A stretch of DNA of 64,000 nt from an uncultured Dehalococcoidia bacterium (GCA_964439905.1 CAYTPK010000022.1:8639-72638), one strand, 5' to 3'. Numbered from the stretch's first letter, positions 48,018 through 58,237 are shown. Translations and numbers: made by a program. Notes: generated by a model not told the origin, from the letters alone.

Positions 48018-49292
48018 ATGGAACAGACTGTCGCTATTGAAACGCATGGGTGCAAACTTAACCAAGCTGACAGTGAAGAAATGGCCAGACTGTTTAACGA
48101 AAAAGGGTATAAGGTGGTGGAGATAGAAGACGATCCAGATGTTATTGTCGTTAATAGTTGCACGGTAACACACGTCGCGGATTCTAAAGCGAGGAGAGCG
48201 TTAAGATCTGCCAAAAGGCGAAAATCTAATCCTATAGTTATAGCTACAGGTTGTTATGCTGAACGAGACCCGCGAACTCTATTGAAAATGGAAGCAGTCG
48301 ACTTGGTTGTGGGCAATCAGCAGAAGAATAAGCTTCCTGATCTGACGCGGTCGGTAATTGCGGATCGGGTTCCCTACCATAAATCCGAGAATAATTCGGC
48401 CAGCAAGCATAGACCTAGGTCTAAAGCTATGGTAAAGATTCAAGAGGGATGTAATCAAAATTGTGCCTTTTGCATTATACCCAGGGTCAGAGGAAGAGAG
48501 AGGAGTATTTCCGCCGAGTTATTGATAGAGCAAATACAAGCAAGGATTTCCGAGGGATTTCGAGAGGTCGTTTTAACTGGGACTCAGCTAGGATCATACG
48601 GATTTGACTTAGAGAATGTTAATCTACCTCGTTTGTTAACTTTGATTCTACAAAAAACATCTATTGAACGGCTTAGACTGTCCTCTGTTCAGCCACAAGA
48701 ATTAACTCAAGATTTGTTGGATATCTGGGAGAATCCCAGGCTGTGCCCACATTTCCATATTCCTCTTCAAAGCGGGAGTCCATCAATACTGAATAAAATG
48801 AGACGTAGGTATTCACCGGATTTATTTGCCGCAAAAGTAAAAGAGATACAGTATCGTTTTCCACAATCATCTATTACTACTGATGTGATTGTGGGGTTCC
48901 CAGGCGAAGGTGAACTAGAATATGAACAAACTTTGGAGTTTTGTTCTACAGTAGATTTTTCTGACATGCATATTTTTCCGTATTCGATTAGGCCTCGAAC
49001 GAGCGCTGCACACCTTGTAGATAAAGTGCATCCTTTTGAACAAAAGGAGAGGATGAATCGTATGTTGAACTTAGCTATTACTAAATCAAACGCTTTTAGG
49101 AACAGGTCTTTGGGGCAAACTCGGCCTGTTCTGTGGGAAACAACGAAAACGAAGGATGGTTTTTTTAGTGGGCTTACCGATAATTACTTAAGAGTCTACA
49201 CTCGTAGTCGCAGGAACTTATCCAGTCAAATAACATTGGCGCGCCTAGAGTCGTTTCAGGATGGAACATTGATGGCCAGACCCATCATATAG
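48018..49292 (+). CDS. mtaB: tRNA methylthiotransferase, MtaB-like (MiaB/RimO family)
   Basis: UPF0004 N-domain (IETHGCKLNQADSE, VNSCTVT, GCYA), radical SAM CNQNCAFCIIP, C-terminal TRAM-like domain. 424 aa. Confidence 0.75.
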   Translation: MEQTVAIETHGCKLNQADSEEMARLFNEKGYKVVEIEDDPDVIVVNSCTVTHVADSKARRALRSAKRRKSNPIVIATGCYAERDPRTLLKMEAVDLVVGNQQKNKLPDLTRSVIADRVPYHKSENNSASKHRPRSKAMVKIQEGCNQNCAFCIIPRVRGRERSISAELLIEQIQARISEGFREVVLTGTQLGSYGFDLENVNLPRLLTLILQKTSIERLRLSSVQPQELTQDLLDIWENPRLCPHFHIPLQSGSPSILNKMRRRYSPDLFAAKVKEIQYRFPQSSITTDVIVGFPGEGELEYEQTLEFCSTVDFSDMHIFPYSIRPRTSAAHLVDKVHPFEQKERMNRMLNLAITKSNAFRNRSLGQTRPVLWETTKTKDGFFSGLTDNYLRVYTRSRRNLSSQITLARLESFQDGTLMARPII

Positions 49293-49342
49293 GCTGGTTA
49301 AATTGTCGCACTAATCCATGTCCCAACCGCTATATTGCCACC

Positions 49343-50173
49343 TTAAAGGTCAATTGGTCGTAGATATGTTGCACCTTTATAGCTTTCTAAATATCCTGCT
49401 TTTCGGTCTACACCGTGGGCAAAAACTAATAGCCATCCATCTTTTTCAGCTCTATCTAGAAGATCACGTTTTCGTTCTAACGTTTCTTCAGGAAATTGAT
49501 CAAGGGCTGGTATAGACGGCAGGTCTAGGTGATGGGCTGTTGGCACCAGATCTCCCATAAATGCCACTTTTTCTCCGCCATGATTGACTACGACAATTTG
49601 ATGACCCATGGATGGACCGTTGGTTACAAGCACTGATAATCCTGGAAGGATTTCTTCTTCTCCATCGAGTATTTGCAATTGATTCCATTCCTCTAGCGGC
49701 ATGAAGTCATCCTTAAAAAATGAGCTTTGGAAGCGTTCGTTGGGATTGAGAGCTGTTTCCCATGCCTGTTTTTGCACAAAATGTGTTGCTTTAGGGAATG
49801 TTGGTACCAATGAGCCAGCCCTATCCAGTTTGGTGCACCCTCCACAATGTTCGAAGTGAAGATGTGACAATAGTACGTAGTCTACTTGGTTGGGAGAAAC
49901 TCCAACGTTTTTTAGACTTTTTACTAGTCTGCTTGGACCAAGTCCATAATTTTCTCTTAGCCCGTCCATTTCTTTGGAACCTACACCGGCATCAACCACT
50001 ATATTCTTTCCAGCTACTTGTATTAACAGGCAGTTCATGCTCAAAGTCATTCTGTTTCTTCGGTCTGTCACTATTCTACTTTCCCATGTCATCTTGGGAA
50101 TTTGACCGAACATGGTTCCGCCGTCTCTTTTTAAAGTTCCGTCGCTGAGTAATCGGATGGACGTAGTCATCAT
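49343..50173 (-). CDS. MBL-fold metallo-hydrolase
   Basis: LLSHLHFEHCGG (HxHxEH variant of the metallo-beta-lactamase motif), later HGG and HH. Strong GGAAGGAGG Shine-Dalgarno upstream. Confidence 0.75.
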   Translation of the reverse strand: MMTTSIRLLSDGTLKRDGGTMFGQIPKMTWESRIVTDRRNRMTLSMNCLLIQVAGKNIVVDAGVGSKEMDGLRENYGLGPSRLVKSLKNVGVSPNQVDYVLLSHLHFEHCGGCTKLDRAGSLVPTFPKATHFVQKQAWETALNPNERFQSSFFKDDFMPLEEWNQLQILDGEEEILPGLSVLVTNGPSMGHQIVVVNHGGEKVAFMGDLVPTAHHLDLPSIPALDQFPEETLERKRDLLDRAEKDGWLLVFAHGVDRKAGYLESYKGATYLRPIDL

Positions 50174-50594
50174 GGTTAAAGGGACCTCCTTCCTATCTTA
50201 ACTATATGCGGTTTCAGTTTTCCGGGAGGTTTTGTTAATCTTTGGCCCATAAAAAAGGATAATAATTCGAATATTGCTTTCAAGATTTCTTCAATAACTC
50301 CCGTGATTATTGCCAGGACCTATCCTGGTCAAGAATACATAACATAATGACATAAATAAAATTTTTGTCAAGTAAAAAACAATATTAATTTTAAATTTAT
50401 TCGAAATTATCTTTGCAACTATGAATAGAGTTTAGCGCAAAAGAATTTGCATGTAGATATATGGATGACTTCCAAACGATGAATCAGTGTCTACAAGTTC
50501 AGAATATTACTTCTGAAAGAACGTACAGAAGGTCACAGCTTGTTATTAGTCGTAGTTAGAGGGATTCTCGTGACAATAAAAGGACATGGGGCTC

Positions 50595-51647
50595 CTATTT
50601 GGATAGAAGTCTATTGGCAACCCGTGTTTTGAAAAGGCGTAGAGATTGACTTACATTGTCAGGCGGAATCAAGCCACCAAAATTGGCTTCAATCATAAAT
50701 CCTGTCAGGCTGTATTCTGTCTTTATGGTTAACAATCTTTCTGCAACGAATTCCGGATCTCCGACAACTCCTTCGGTTCGCAAAAAGTCTTGGTAGCTCA
50801 TATGTTGCATTCTTCTTGAGCGTTCGATTCGTTCTTTGTTCTCTCTATCTGAAAGGCCGGGAACTGGTTCGTTAAGATTAGAAACAAAATTACGATAGAA
50901 ATTCATAGCACTGTTTCTAGCTATATTCTCAGCATCTTCCTGTGTATCTGATACGAAAGTGGGTATGCGTGCGCAGATATTGGGTTGCCCTTTATGGCCT
51001 GAGGCTATCCATGTTTCCTTATATATATTTATTCGTTCTTTTAGAGATGATAGACTACCTCGCAAACTCACAAATATCGGGAAGCCCTTCTTTGCGGATG
51101 AAAGGAAGGTTTCCGCAGAGGTTGCTGCGTTTCTTATAGGGGGATGAGGGGTCTGATAGGGTTTAGGAAAAACACATACGTTATCGAATTTGTAGAACTC
51201 GCTGGTGTGAGAAAAACTATCTTGACTCCAAGCTTTAACAAGGATTTCTAAACAATCGTTAAATCTGGCTTTACTCTCTTGATAGGGTATTCCGTAGCCC
51301 ACGTAACCTCTTGGAGCGCCGCTTCTTCCTATTCCCAGTTCGAACCTGCCTTTTGACAGATGGTCTAATGTGGCGACGTCTTCCGCTATACGGACAGGAT
51401 TATTTAATGGTAATACACTAACGGCTGTTCCAATTCGGATCTTCTTGGTTCTGTGTATAGCCGCGCAGGCAGCCAAGAAAGGAGATGACATAACCGATCG
51501 TTCCGGGGAAAAATGCAATTCTGCCAACCAGGCGTAGTCATAGCCTAGTCTATCCGCTAGTTCTATATGGGCTAGATCCGTTTGGAAGGCCTGTTGTTGG
51601 GATCCATCGGGCTGAATCTGGAATTCGAAATAGACCCCTAGTTCCAA
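50595..51647 (-). CDS. Luciferase-like (LLM class) flavin- or F420-dependent oxidoreductase
   Basis: TIM-barrel LLM pattern: AWLAELHF, TKKIRIGTAVSVLPLNNPVRIAEDVATLDHLSKGRFELGIGRS. 350 aa. Confidence 0.8.
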   Translation of the reverse strand: MELGVYFEFQIQPDGSQQQAFQTDLAHIELADRLGYDYAWLAELHFSPERSVMSSPFLAACAAIHRTKKIRIGTAVSVLPLNNPVRIAEDVATLDHLSKGRFELGIGRSGAPRGYVGYGIPYQESKARFNDCLEILVKAWSQDSFSHTSEFYKFDNVCVFPKPYQTPHPPIRNAATSAETFLSSAKKGFPIFVSLRGSLSSLKERINIYKETWIASGHKGQPNICARIPTFVSDTQEDAENIARNSAMNFYRNFVSNLNEPVPGLSDRENKERIERSRRMQHMSYQDFLRTEGVVGDPEFVAERLLTIKTEYSLTGFMIEANFGGLIPPDNVSQSLRLFKTRVANRLLSK

Positions 51648-51750
51648 GTTGGCCTCTCCAAAGATCCTGAATGAATTGATTCTATCACCGTCCTATTACT
51701 TTATCCAAGTGTTAGTTAATGTATACTAGTCGCGGAGGTACCCAAACGGG

Positions 51751-52932
51751 ATGGACTTTCTATTAGATAAGAAGCAACGCGATATCGTATATAGAGCTGG
51801 GAAAGTAGCCCGAGAATGCCTAGAACCCAGGGCTTATGAAGTTGATCAAAAAGCTGATCATCCACGGGCAAGCTGGGCGGATGTCTGGAAACACGGTTTA
51901 TTGGGCATGACCATACCGCAAGAGTATGGGGGGTTAGGGTTGGATCCATTAACGTATGTGCTTGTAATAGAACAACTAGCAGGCGGTTGTACTAATACCG
52001 CAATGACGGTCCATATGCACTCAGTTGTCATGAGATATATTGATGCTTTGGGTAGCTCGGATCAGAAGGCAAACTTTTATCCCGAGATTGTAGAACAAGG
52101 CAAACTCTTTGGTAGTTGGGGAAGTGAACCAAGTCGAAGGGGAGGAACTGGCTCGGTTCAGACGATCCTAAGCCGGGACGGTGACGAATATGTGATCAAC
52201 GGGGATAAGCATTTCTGTACCATGGCTGGAGGAGCACATAGATATATGGTTCATTGTAATGTGCAAGGGCTTGATGGAGGCCGTAACATAGTTATGGCTC
52301 TAGTCCCACATGATAATAAAGGCGTGACTATTAAAGGTGAATGGGACACCCTTGGCATGCGGGGAACGGTCAGCCCGGGGGTATCTTTTCAGAACTGTAA
52401 AGTTAAGGATAGTTGGATACTTGGCGAGATGGGTCAGGCTGAAAGATCAGGCATTGGCCAGATTTTTGGATTAGGTTATGCGGCTGTTTATTTGGGAGCT
52501 GCTGGAAGAGCAGTGGAATGGTTTGCCGACTATGTCCAATCCCACCAGTTTGCCCCTGATCCTGACCCAATGGCCATGAACGCATTGATACAGAAGCCGT
52601 TAGCCGAGATGCTTTTGGTCTTAGAAAGTGCTCGTAAGGTTTTATATAAATCAGCGTGGATGTGGGAATTGAATGCGGATCCGATTTATAGAGCAGTTTT
52701 GGCCGCACGTGCTAAATATTTGGCAAGTGAGGCAGCCATAATGATAACCACCAATAGCTTGCAATTACTTGGAGGTAGAGTGGCACAGAAACGATATCCA
52801 CTAGAGAGAATATATAGGGATATCCGCACCTGCACCTTAATGCCACCAAGCCCTGATAGATGCCTTGAGATCATAGGCAAAATGGAACTTGAGCTTGATG
52901 ATGAATTACTGATGCTTCGACATTCCTCTTAA
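51751..52932 (+). CDS. Acyl-CoA-dehydrogenase-fold flavoprotein, paralogue 1 (non-canonical active site)
   Basis: ACAD N/M/C domain layout (GLLGMTIPQEYGGLG, GSWGSEP, INGDKHFCT, WDTLGMRGTVS). The C-terminal YRDIRTCTLMPPSPD replaces the canonical YRD..IYEGT. Confidence 0.8.
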   Translation: MDFLLDKKQRDIVYRAGKVARECLEPRAYEVDQKADHPRASWADVWKHGLLGMTIPQEYGGLGLDPLTYVLVIEQLAGGCTNTAMTVHMHSVVMRYIDALGSSDQKANFYPEIVEQGKLFGSWGSEPSRRGGTGSVQTILSRDGDEYVINGDKHFCTMAGGAHRYMVHCNVQGLDGGRNIVMALVPHDNKGVTIKGEWDTLGMRGTVSPGVSFQNCKVKDSWILGEMGQAERSGIGQIFGLGYAAVYLGAAGRAVEWFADYVQSHQFAPDPDPMAMNALIQKPLAEMLLVLESARKVLYKSAWMWELNADPIYRAVLAARAKYLASEAAIMITTNSLQLLGGRVAQKRYPLERIYRDIRTCTLMPPSPDRCLEIIGKMELELDDELLMLRHSS

Positions 52933-52944
52933 ACGCAACCAATC

Positions 52945-54132
52945 ATGGATTTTTCAATAAAAAAAGAACAACAAACGATTCTGGACACTGCTGGGAAATT
53001 GGCCAGAGAAGAGCTCCTGCCAAGAGCAGCAGCTATTGATCTAAAATCCGCTCATCCTACTGAAAGTTGGGCGGCCATTTGGGGGAAAGGGCTTTTGGGG
53101 ACAACTATACCAAAGAAATATGGAGGGTTAGGACTAGGCCTTCTCGAGTCTACCATGGTTTTGGAGAAACTGGCGGCAGGTTGTGCGAGCACTACTGCAA
53201 GTTTTCATATGCACACCGTAGTCCAACGATATATTGACGCCCTGGGTACTGTGCAACAAAAAGAGGAGTTATTTTCCGAAGTTATTAACGAGGGGAAACT
53301 TTTTGGAAGCTGGGGAAGCGAACCAGGTGCACATGGAGGCGCGGCACCCGTTAAGGTGATAGTTAGCCGAACCTCAAAAGGATATGTAATCAATGGGCCT
53401 AAACATTTTTGCACAATGGCTGGGGCCTGCCATCGTGCTATGGTTCACGCGAATATTCCAGACAAAGATGGAAATAGGCGCACGATCATGGTCATGGTCC
53501 CTACAGATGTCCCAGGAGTAGATATAGCAGGGGAATGGAATACTCTTGGTATGAGGGGCACAGTTAGTCCGGCTGTTACATTCGACAACTGTTTTATCGT
53601 TGAAGATGCCCTGTTGGGGCGGCCAGGTGAGGTTGAGGAGAAAGGTATAGAACAAACCTTTGCCTTGGGAGATGCGGCGATTTATATTGGGATCGCTCAA
53701 GGAGCATTGGATTGGTTTAAAGAATATGCTAAGTCTCATACTTTTGACCCAAGTCCCCAGCCACTTTCACACGATTTGCTTCTCCAACGACGAGTGGCAG
53801 AAATGACCCAAAGGCTAGAAGGTGCTCGTTATGTTCTTTATTCTGCATGCCAAGGATATTGGGAAGAGAGTAATATGGGTAGATGGTATTTGGTTAGTAA
53901 AGCCAAATATTTAGCTTCAGAAGCATCCGTTTTTGTTGCTAACACGGTAGCTCAGGGATTGGGTGGTCGCATTGCTCACAGAAGATATCCTCTAGAAAGG
54001 ATGATTAGAGATATAAGGACGGCTACCTTGATGCCCCCTAGTCCTGATAGGTGCCTTGAAGTGGTAGCAAAGCATGAGCTTGGCATTGATGATGCGCAGT
54101 TGGCTTCTAGGTGGGGTGGGCTAGGACTGTGA
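52945..54132 (+). CDS. Acyl-CoA-dehydrogenase-fold flavoprotein, paralogue 2 (non-canonical active site)
   Basis: Co-linear with paralogue 1 and roughly half of positions identical by eye. Same IRDIRTATLMPPSPDRCLE C-terminal motif. 12-nt gap from paralogue 1. Confidence 0.8.
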   Translation: MDFSIKKEQQTILDTAGKLAREELLPRAAAIDLKSAHPTESWAAIWGKGLLGTTIPKKYGGLGLGLLESTMVLEKLAAGCASTTASFHMHTVVQRYIDALGTVQQKEELFSEVINEGKLFGSWGSEPGAHGGAAPVKVIVSRTSKGYVINGPKHFCTMAGACHRAMVHANIPDKDGNRRTIMVMVPTDVPGVDIAGEWNTLGMRGTVSPAVTFDNCFIVEDALLGRPGEVEEKGIEQTFALGDAAIYIGIAQGALDWFKEYAKSHTFDPSPQPLSHDLLLQRRVAEMTQRLEGARYVLYSACQGYWEESNMGRWYLVSKAKYLASEASVFVANTVAQGLGGRIAHRRYPLERMIRDIRTATLMPPSPDRCLEVVAKHELGIDDAQLASRWGGLGL

Positions 54133-54250
54133 TCGCATCTTAATTACAAGTGAAGCAGTCATAGGGATGGATGGAAAGATAAAGGATCCAAATTTAAGAA
54201 CAGATAACCAAAAGTCGACATTTTTTAAGGATTTAAAATGTCCACAAGAA

Positions 54251-54326
54251 TGGCGCCCCGTAGAGGATTCGAACCCCTAACCCCTTGGTCCGAAGCCAAG
54301 TGCTCTATCCATTGAGCTAACGGGGC
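54251..54326 (-). tRNA. tRNA-Arg (anticodon UCG), CCA encoded
   Basis: Minus strand GCCCCGTTAGCTCAATGGATAGAGC, anticodon stem CTTGG/CCAAG with loop CTTCGGA, T arm AGGGG-TTCGAAT-CCTCT, acceptor ACGGGGC-G-CCA. 76 nt. Confidence 0.9.
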
Positions 54327-54344
54327 ACAGCTATATCGTCTAAC

Positions 54345-54421
54345 TGGGGTGAGCGGAGGGATTCGAACCCTCGATCTCCTGGGCCACAACCAGGTGCCTT
54401 AACCACTGGGCTACGCTCACC
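54345..54421 (-). tRNA. tRNA-His (anticodon GUG) with encoded G-1, CCA encoded
   Basis: Minus strand G-GTGAGCG..., anticodon stem CCTGG/CCAGG with loop TTGTGGC, T arm GAGGG-TTCGAAT-CCCTC, acceptor CGCTCAC-C-CCA. G-1 pairs with C73, as in bacteria. Confidence 0.9.
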
Positions 54422-54461
54422 GTGGGGAAAACCTTAGAAGTTTTCAGTACATGATAGCGAT

Positions 54462-55967
54462 TTAGGAGGAGTCCGCCAAGGCCAGGTTTACCAGAGTTCT
54501 CACCGGTCCGCCGCTTGACCCTTTCACGTGCCATCCTTTATCGGCGCTCATTCTATAAGATCCAGCAATGTCTAAGTGGACCCAGGGAACATCTTCAGTA
54601 AATTCGGACAGGAATTTTGCTGCTGTTATAGATCCTGCCTCTCTGCCACCTACATTCATCATGTCTGCGAATGTACTTTTCAATTGATCGCCATAATCGT
54701 CGTCCATTGGGAAAGGCCACATTCGCTCTCCTCCATAGTTACCGGTTTTTACTACCTGGTCAATCCATTGTTGATTGTTACCGAACACACCGATTCTTAC
54801 AGTTCCTAGAGACACGATTATTGCGCCAGTTAAAGTAGCGACATCGACCATATGGCTAACACCAAGTTTTCGGACCGCGTAAACCATTGCATCTGAAAGT
54901 ATTAAACGTCCTTCTGCGTCAGTATTAATAACTTCAATTGTTTTATTGTTCATCGCACGAACAATATCCCCAGGTCTCTGAGCGTCTCCACCGGGCATAT
55001 TTTCAGTAGCAGGCACCACCGCCGTGACATTAACTTTGGGTTTTAAAGCGGATATCGCTTTCATTGCCCCAATAACAGAAGAACCACCGGTCATATCACC
55101 TTTCATGTTTTCCATGTTTAGGGCGGGTTTTAAAGATATGCCGCCGGTATCAAATGTAACGCCTTTTCCTATTAAACCTAGGACATGTTCTGGTCTATCC
55201 GGATCTCCCTTATATTCCAGAGCGATTAACTTTGGAGGTTGGTGACTTCCTCGGGCTACTCCGACTAAAGCACCCATCCCTAATTTTTCCATGTCAGAAC
55301 GATTTAGCACTGTAATTCCGAGGTTCCCTTCCTTCGCTACGGTCGTGGCTATCTCAGCCATTTTGGTGGGAGTTAAGTCGTTTGATGGGGTGTTTGACAT
55401 ATCCCGAGAGAGGGCTACTCCACCGGCTATAATTGTTCCTTTGCGTATTCCAATATCCAATTTATCAAGCAGATTTGATTCAGGGGATATTACAGTAATT
55501 TCATCAGTTTTTTTGGTGGATTCTTGATTGCTGCGATAATCATGGAATTGATATGTGCCTAGTATGACTCCTTCGGCAATAGCCTGTCCGGAATCCTCGG
55601 GTTTTAAAATCCCGGCTTCGATTCCATGTGGTACAGTACAGAAAGACGAAATCCCCCTAGTTCTGAGGTACCGACCTGCATTTCCCATAATAGCCCGCAC
55701 TGTATTCAAGTCAAAATTATTTTTTCGTCCCAATCCAGATACAAGTATGCGTTGGGCAGGAATCCGACCTAAAGTATGGATAAGAGTAAATTCCCCACTT
55801 ACTCCTTTAATTTCCTGTTCATTTCTTAGCTGAGTAATGGCTCCGTCCATGACTTCATCCAGGTTTTTTGTTATTCCGTCAAGTTCATCTGAGCCTTCAT
55901 ATAATCCTACAATAATAGCGGGAGTATTGATTTTTGAAATGTCTCCAGCGACAACCTTGATTTCCAT
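54462..55967 (-). CDS. pepA: Leucyl aminopeptidase (M17)
   Basis: GKGVTFDTGGISLKP, NTDAEGRL, MVDVATLTGA. 501 aa. Confidence 0.9.
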   Translation of the reverse strand: MEIKVVAGDISKINTPAIIVGLYEGSDELDGITKNLDEVMDGAITQLRNEQEIKGVSGEFTLIHTLGRIPAQRILVSGLGRKNNFDLNTVRAIMGNAGRYLRTRGISSFCTVPHGIEAGILKPEDSGQAIAEGVILGTYQFHDYRSNQESTKKTDEITVISPESNLLDKLDIGIRKGTIIAGGVALSRDMSNTPSNDLTPTKMAEIATTVAKEGNLGITVLNRSDMEKLGMGALVGVARGSHQPPKLIALEYKGDPDRPEHVLGLIGKGVTFDTGGISLKPALNMENMKGDMTGGSSVIGAMKAISALKPKVNVTAVVPATENMPGGDAQRPGDIVRAMNNKTIEVINTDAEGRLILSDAMVYAVRKLGVSHMVDVATLTGAIIVSLGTVRIGVFGNNQQWIDQVVKTGNYGGERMWPFPMDDDYGDQLKSTFADMMNVGGREAGSITAAKFLSEFTEDVPWVHLDIAGSYRMSADKGWHVKGSSGGPVRTLVNLALADSS

Positions 55968-56120
55968 TTTGACTCCTTTTTATCTGATTTCAGGAACGAG
56001 CATCATAATCCATTTAAAGTGGGGAATCTAGTTGAACTTCATTTGATGTCAGCATCAGATAAGGTCACGCATATTTTTATCCTAAATGAAGGCTTGATCC
56101 AGAATATGACACATTTGGAA

Positions 56121-56996
56121 TTACTGTATCGTTTTAGTGTGAAATGCTAACCCAAAGAGCCCAGGGCCAGTATGAGCTCCCATTACAGGTGTAAATTCGC
56201 TAATAATGATCTCTTCGCAATTAAAAATAGCTTGAGCTCTCATACACATAGCATTCGCCGTATCAGGGGCGTTCGCGTGCATTATATTTAAATGGACTGG
56301 CTTATTTCTCACGTTATTAGAGGTTGTTCGAAATAGAAGGTCTATTGCCTTTGGTTTGCCCCGGGGTTTTGCTAGTAAAGATGGTTTACCTTCGGTAAGA
56401 TCAATAAGTGGTCTAATGCCCAGCAATGAAGCTGCCCAAGCCTTCGTTCTCGGCACCCTCCCTCCTTTCGCGAGGTAGTATAGTGTGTCTAGGACAGCAA
56501 GTAAGCGCACTCTAGGAATCAGAGCTCTAACACTTGCGACAATTTGTTCAATGGATTGGCCTGATTTAGCAGCTCGAGCAGCTTGTAATGCTATCAGGCC
56601 CTCGGCGCCGGCAGCATTATTACTATCTATAACCTCGATTCTGGTTCGAGGGTAGCTGTCGTGTGTTAATTGAGCAGCTAGTGTAGCTGCGTTTAGAGTG
56701 GCACTACTAAATTGAGATCCCACTGTTATACAAACTATACTCTGGTGTTGTTGGGCAGCCAGTTGAAACTTTTCAAAAAAGTCTGTGGGTGTAGGACCCG
56801 AGGTGGTAAATGTCGCCTGCGTGGATTGTTGAAGGGTATAGAATTCTGAGGGAGTTATATCGATTCCGTCTCGATAAGATTTGTTTTGGCTGATCAAGTG
56901 GTGAGGAACAACCGATATGTTGAGATCTCGGACTATATCTGTAGTCAAGCAGCTACTACTATCTACTACAACTGCTACTTTTTGTTGTTTTAACAC
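56121..56996 (-). CDS. DegV-family fatty-acid-binding protein
   Basis: VAVVVDSSSCL N-terminus, TSGPTPTDF, and the two-domain DegV layout. 291 aa. Confidence 0.8.
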   Translation of the reverse strand: MLKQQKVAVVVDSSSCLTTDIVRDLNISVVPHHLISQNKSYRDGIDITPSEFYTLQQSTQATFTTSGPTPTDFFEKFQLAAQQHQSIVCITVGSQFSSATLNAATLAAQLTHDSYPRTRIEVIDSNNAAGAEGLIALQAARAAKSGQSIEQIVASVRALIPRVRLLAVLDTLYYLAKGGRVPRTKAWAASLLGIRPLIDLTEGKPSLLAKPRGKPKAIDLLFRTTSNNVRNKPVHLNIMHANAPDTANAMCMRAQAIFNCEEIIISEFTPVMGAHTGPGLFGLAFHTKTIQ

Positions 56997-57023
56997 TACA
57001 CACTAATATTTGAAGAATCTCGA

Positions 57024-57272
57024 TTAGCTGAGGATGCCCTGAATCAAGGCAAGGACGATTATGGCTATCATAGGTGTAAAATCAAACATTCCTACTCTAG
57101 GGATCACTTTCCTTAAAGGGCTAAGTAGGGGTTCTGTCATTTGGTATATGATGTTTATTATGGGATTGGTAGAGTGGCTCGGAGCTATCCAAGAAATGAT
57201 TACTCTGGCGAATATTGCTAATTGGAGAATAGTAAAAAATAATTGAAGCAACTCACGTATTGATTCAGTCAC
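57024..57272 (-). CDS. YggT-family membrane protein
   Basis: 82 aa with two TM helices. FARVIISWI ... PLLSPLRKVIP ... DFTPMIA pattern. GTG start shares one nt with the proC stop (TAGTG). Confidence 0.75.
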   Translation of the reverse strand: MTESIRELLQLFFTILQLAIFARVIISWIAPSHSTNPIINIIYQMTEPLLSPLRKVIPRVGMFDFTPMIAIIVLALIQGILS

Positions 57273-58075
57273 TAGGGAGCTCCTAGATTAATAGATTTTT
57301 CATAAGCTGCTGTAACCGCGTTTAAAATAGCAGTTCGAAAGCCAGCTTCTTCTAAAGCAAGAAGTCCTTCGGCGGTCGTGCCCCCAGGCGAAGTAACCAT
57401 ATTCCTCAGTTCCGCGGGATGCTTGCCGGAATTTACCATCAATTGGGCACTTCCTAGGACGGTCTGCAGGGCCAATTTATGAGACATATCCCGAGTTAAA
57501 CCTAGGTAGACACCAGCGTCTATCATGGATTCTATAAACGTAAATACAAATGCAGGACCACTTGCACTCAGGGCTGTGGCCATGTCGATATAGCGTTCGA
57601 CAGAGACTTGGATCTCCAGTCCTAAGGTTTGTATGAGACTTTTCACATTTGCGGTTGAACCAGATTCTACCGAAGAAGACGGCATCCACACGCTTATGCC
57701 ACTACCTATTTGTGAAGGGGTATTTGGCATAACACGAATTATTGATTTATGAGATAGATTCTTTTCCAGGGAACTGATGGTAATTCCGGCCATAACTGAA
57801 ACTACTGTTTGATCTTGTGTCAGTAGAGGTCTTAATCCTTCGGATAATGCGTAGAAGTTCTGAGGCTTCACCGCAATAATGACTAATTCCCCTCTGGTCA
57901 TCACTGAACGCAATTTCGTCTCAGCAGAAACCTGATACAAATCAATGAGTGTCTTGCATCGTTTTGAAGATATGTCACATACCGATATGTTGTCTGGGCC
58001 GATAAGTTTATTGGCGAGTGCACCACGTATCATGGATTCTGCCATCGTACCGCCGCCTATGAAGATCAAATTCAT
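57272..58075 (-). CDS. proC: Pyrroline-5-carboxylate reductase
   Basis: N-terminal IFIGGGTMAESM Rossmann motif and C-terminal VTSPGGTTAEGL. 267 aa. Confidence 0.9.
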   Translation of the reverse strand: MNLIFIGGGTMAESMIRGALANKLIGPDNISVCDISSKRCKTLIDLYQVSAETKLRSVMTRGELVIIAVKPQNFYALSEGLRPLLTQDQTVVSVMAGITISSLEKNLSHKSIIRVMPNTPSQIGSGISVWMPSSSVESGSTANVKSLIQTLGLEIQVSVERYIDMATALSASGPAFVFTFIESMIDAGVYLGLTRDMSHKLALQTVLGSAQLMVNSGKHPAELRNMVTSPGGTTAEGLLALEEAGFRTAILNAVTAAYEKSINLGAP

Positions 58076-58237
58076 GTATATCTCCGCGGTTTTGTTTTTC
58101 GAGCTATTGTAACTAGGTGCAGCAAACCCTTCGATCTAGGTTGCCAAAGTTGTAACGATCGTTCCATTCAAAAGTGCGGAGACAAGTTGAGTATGTTATT
58201 TGCAAGGACGGGATTAATTTTCAAAACGTTATTATGG

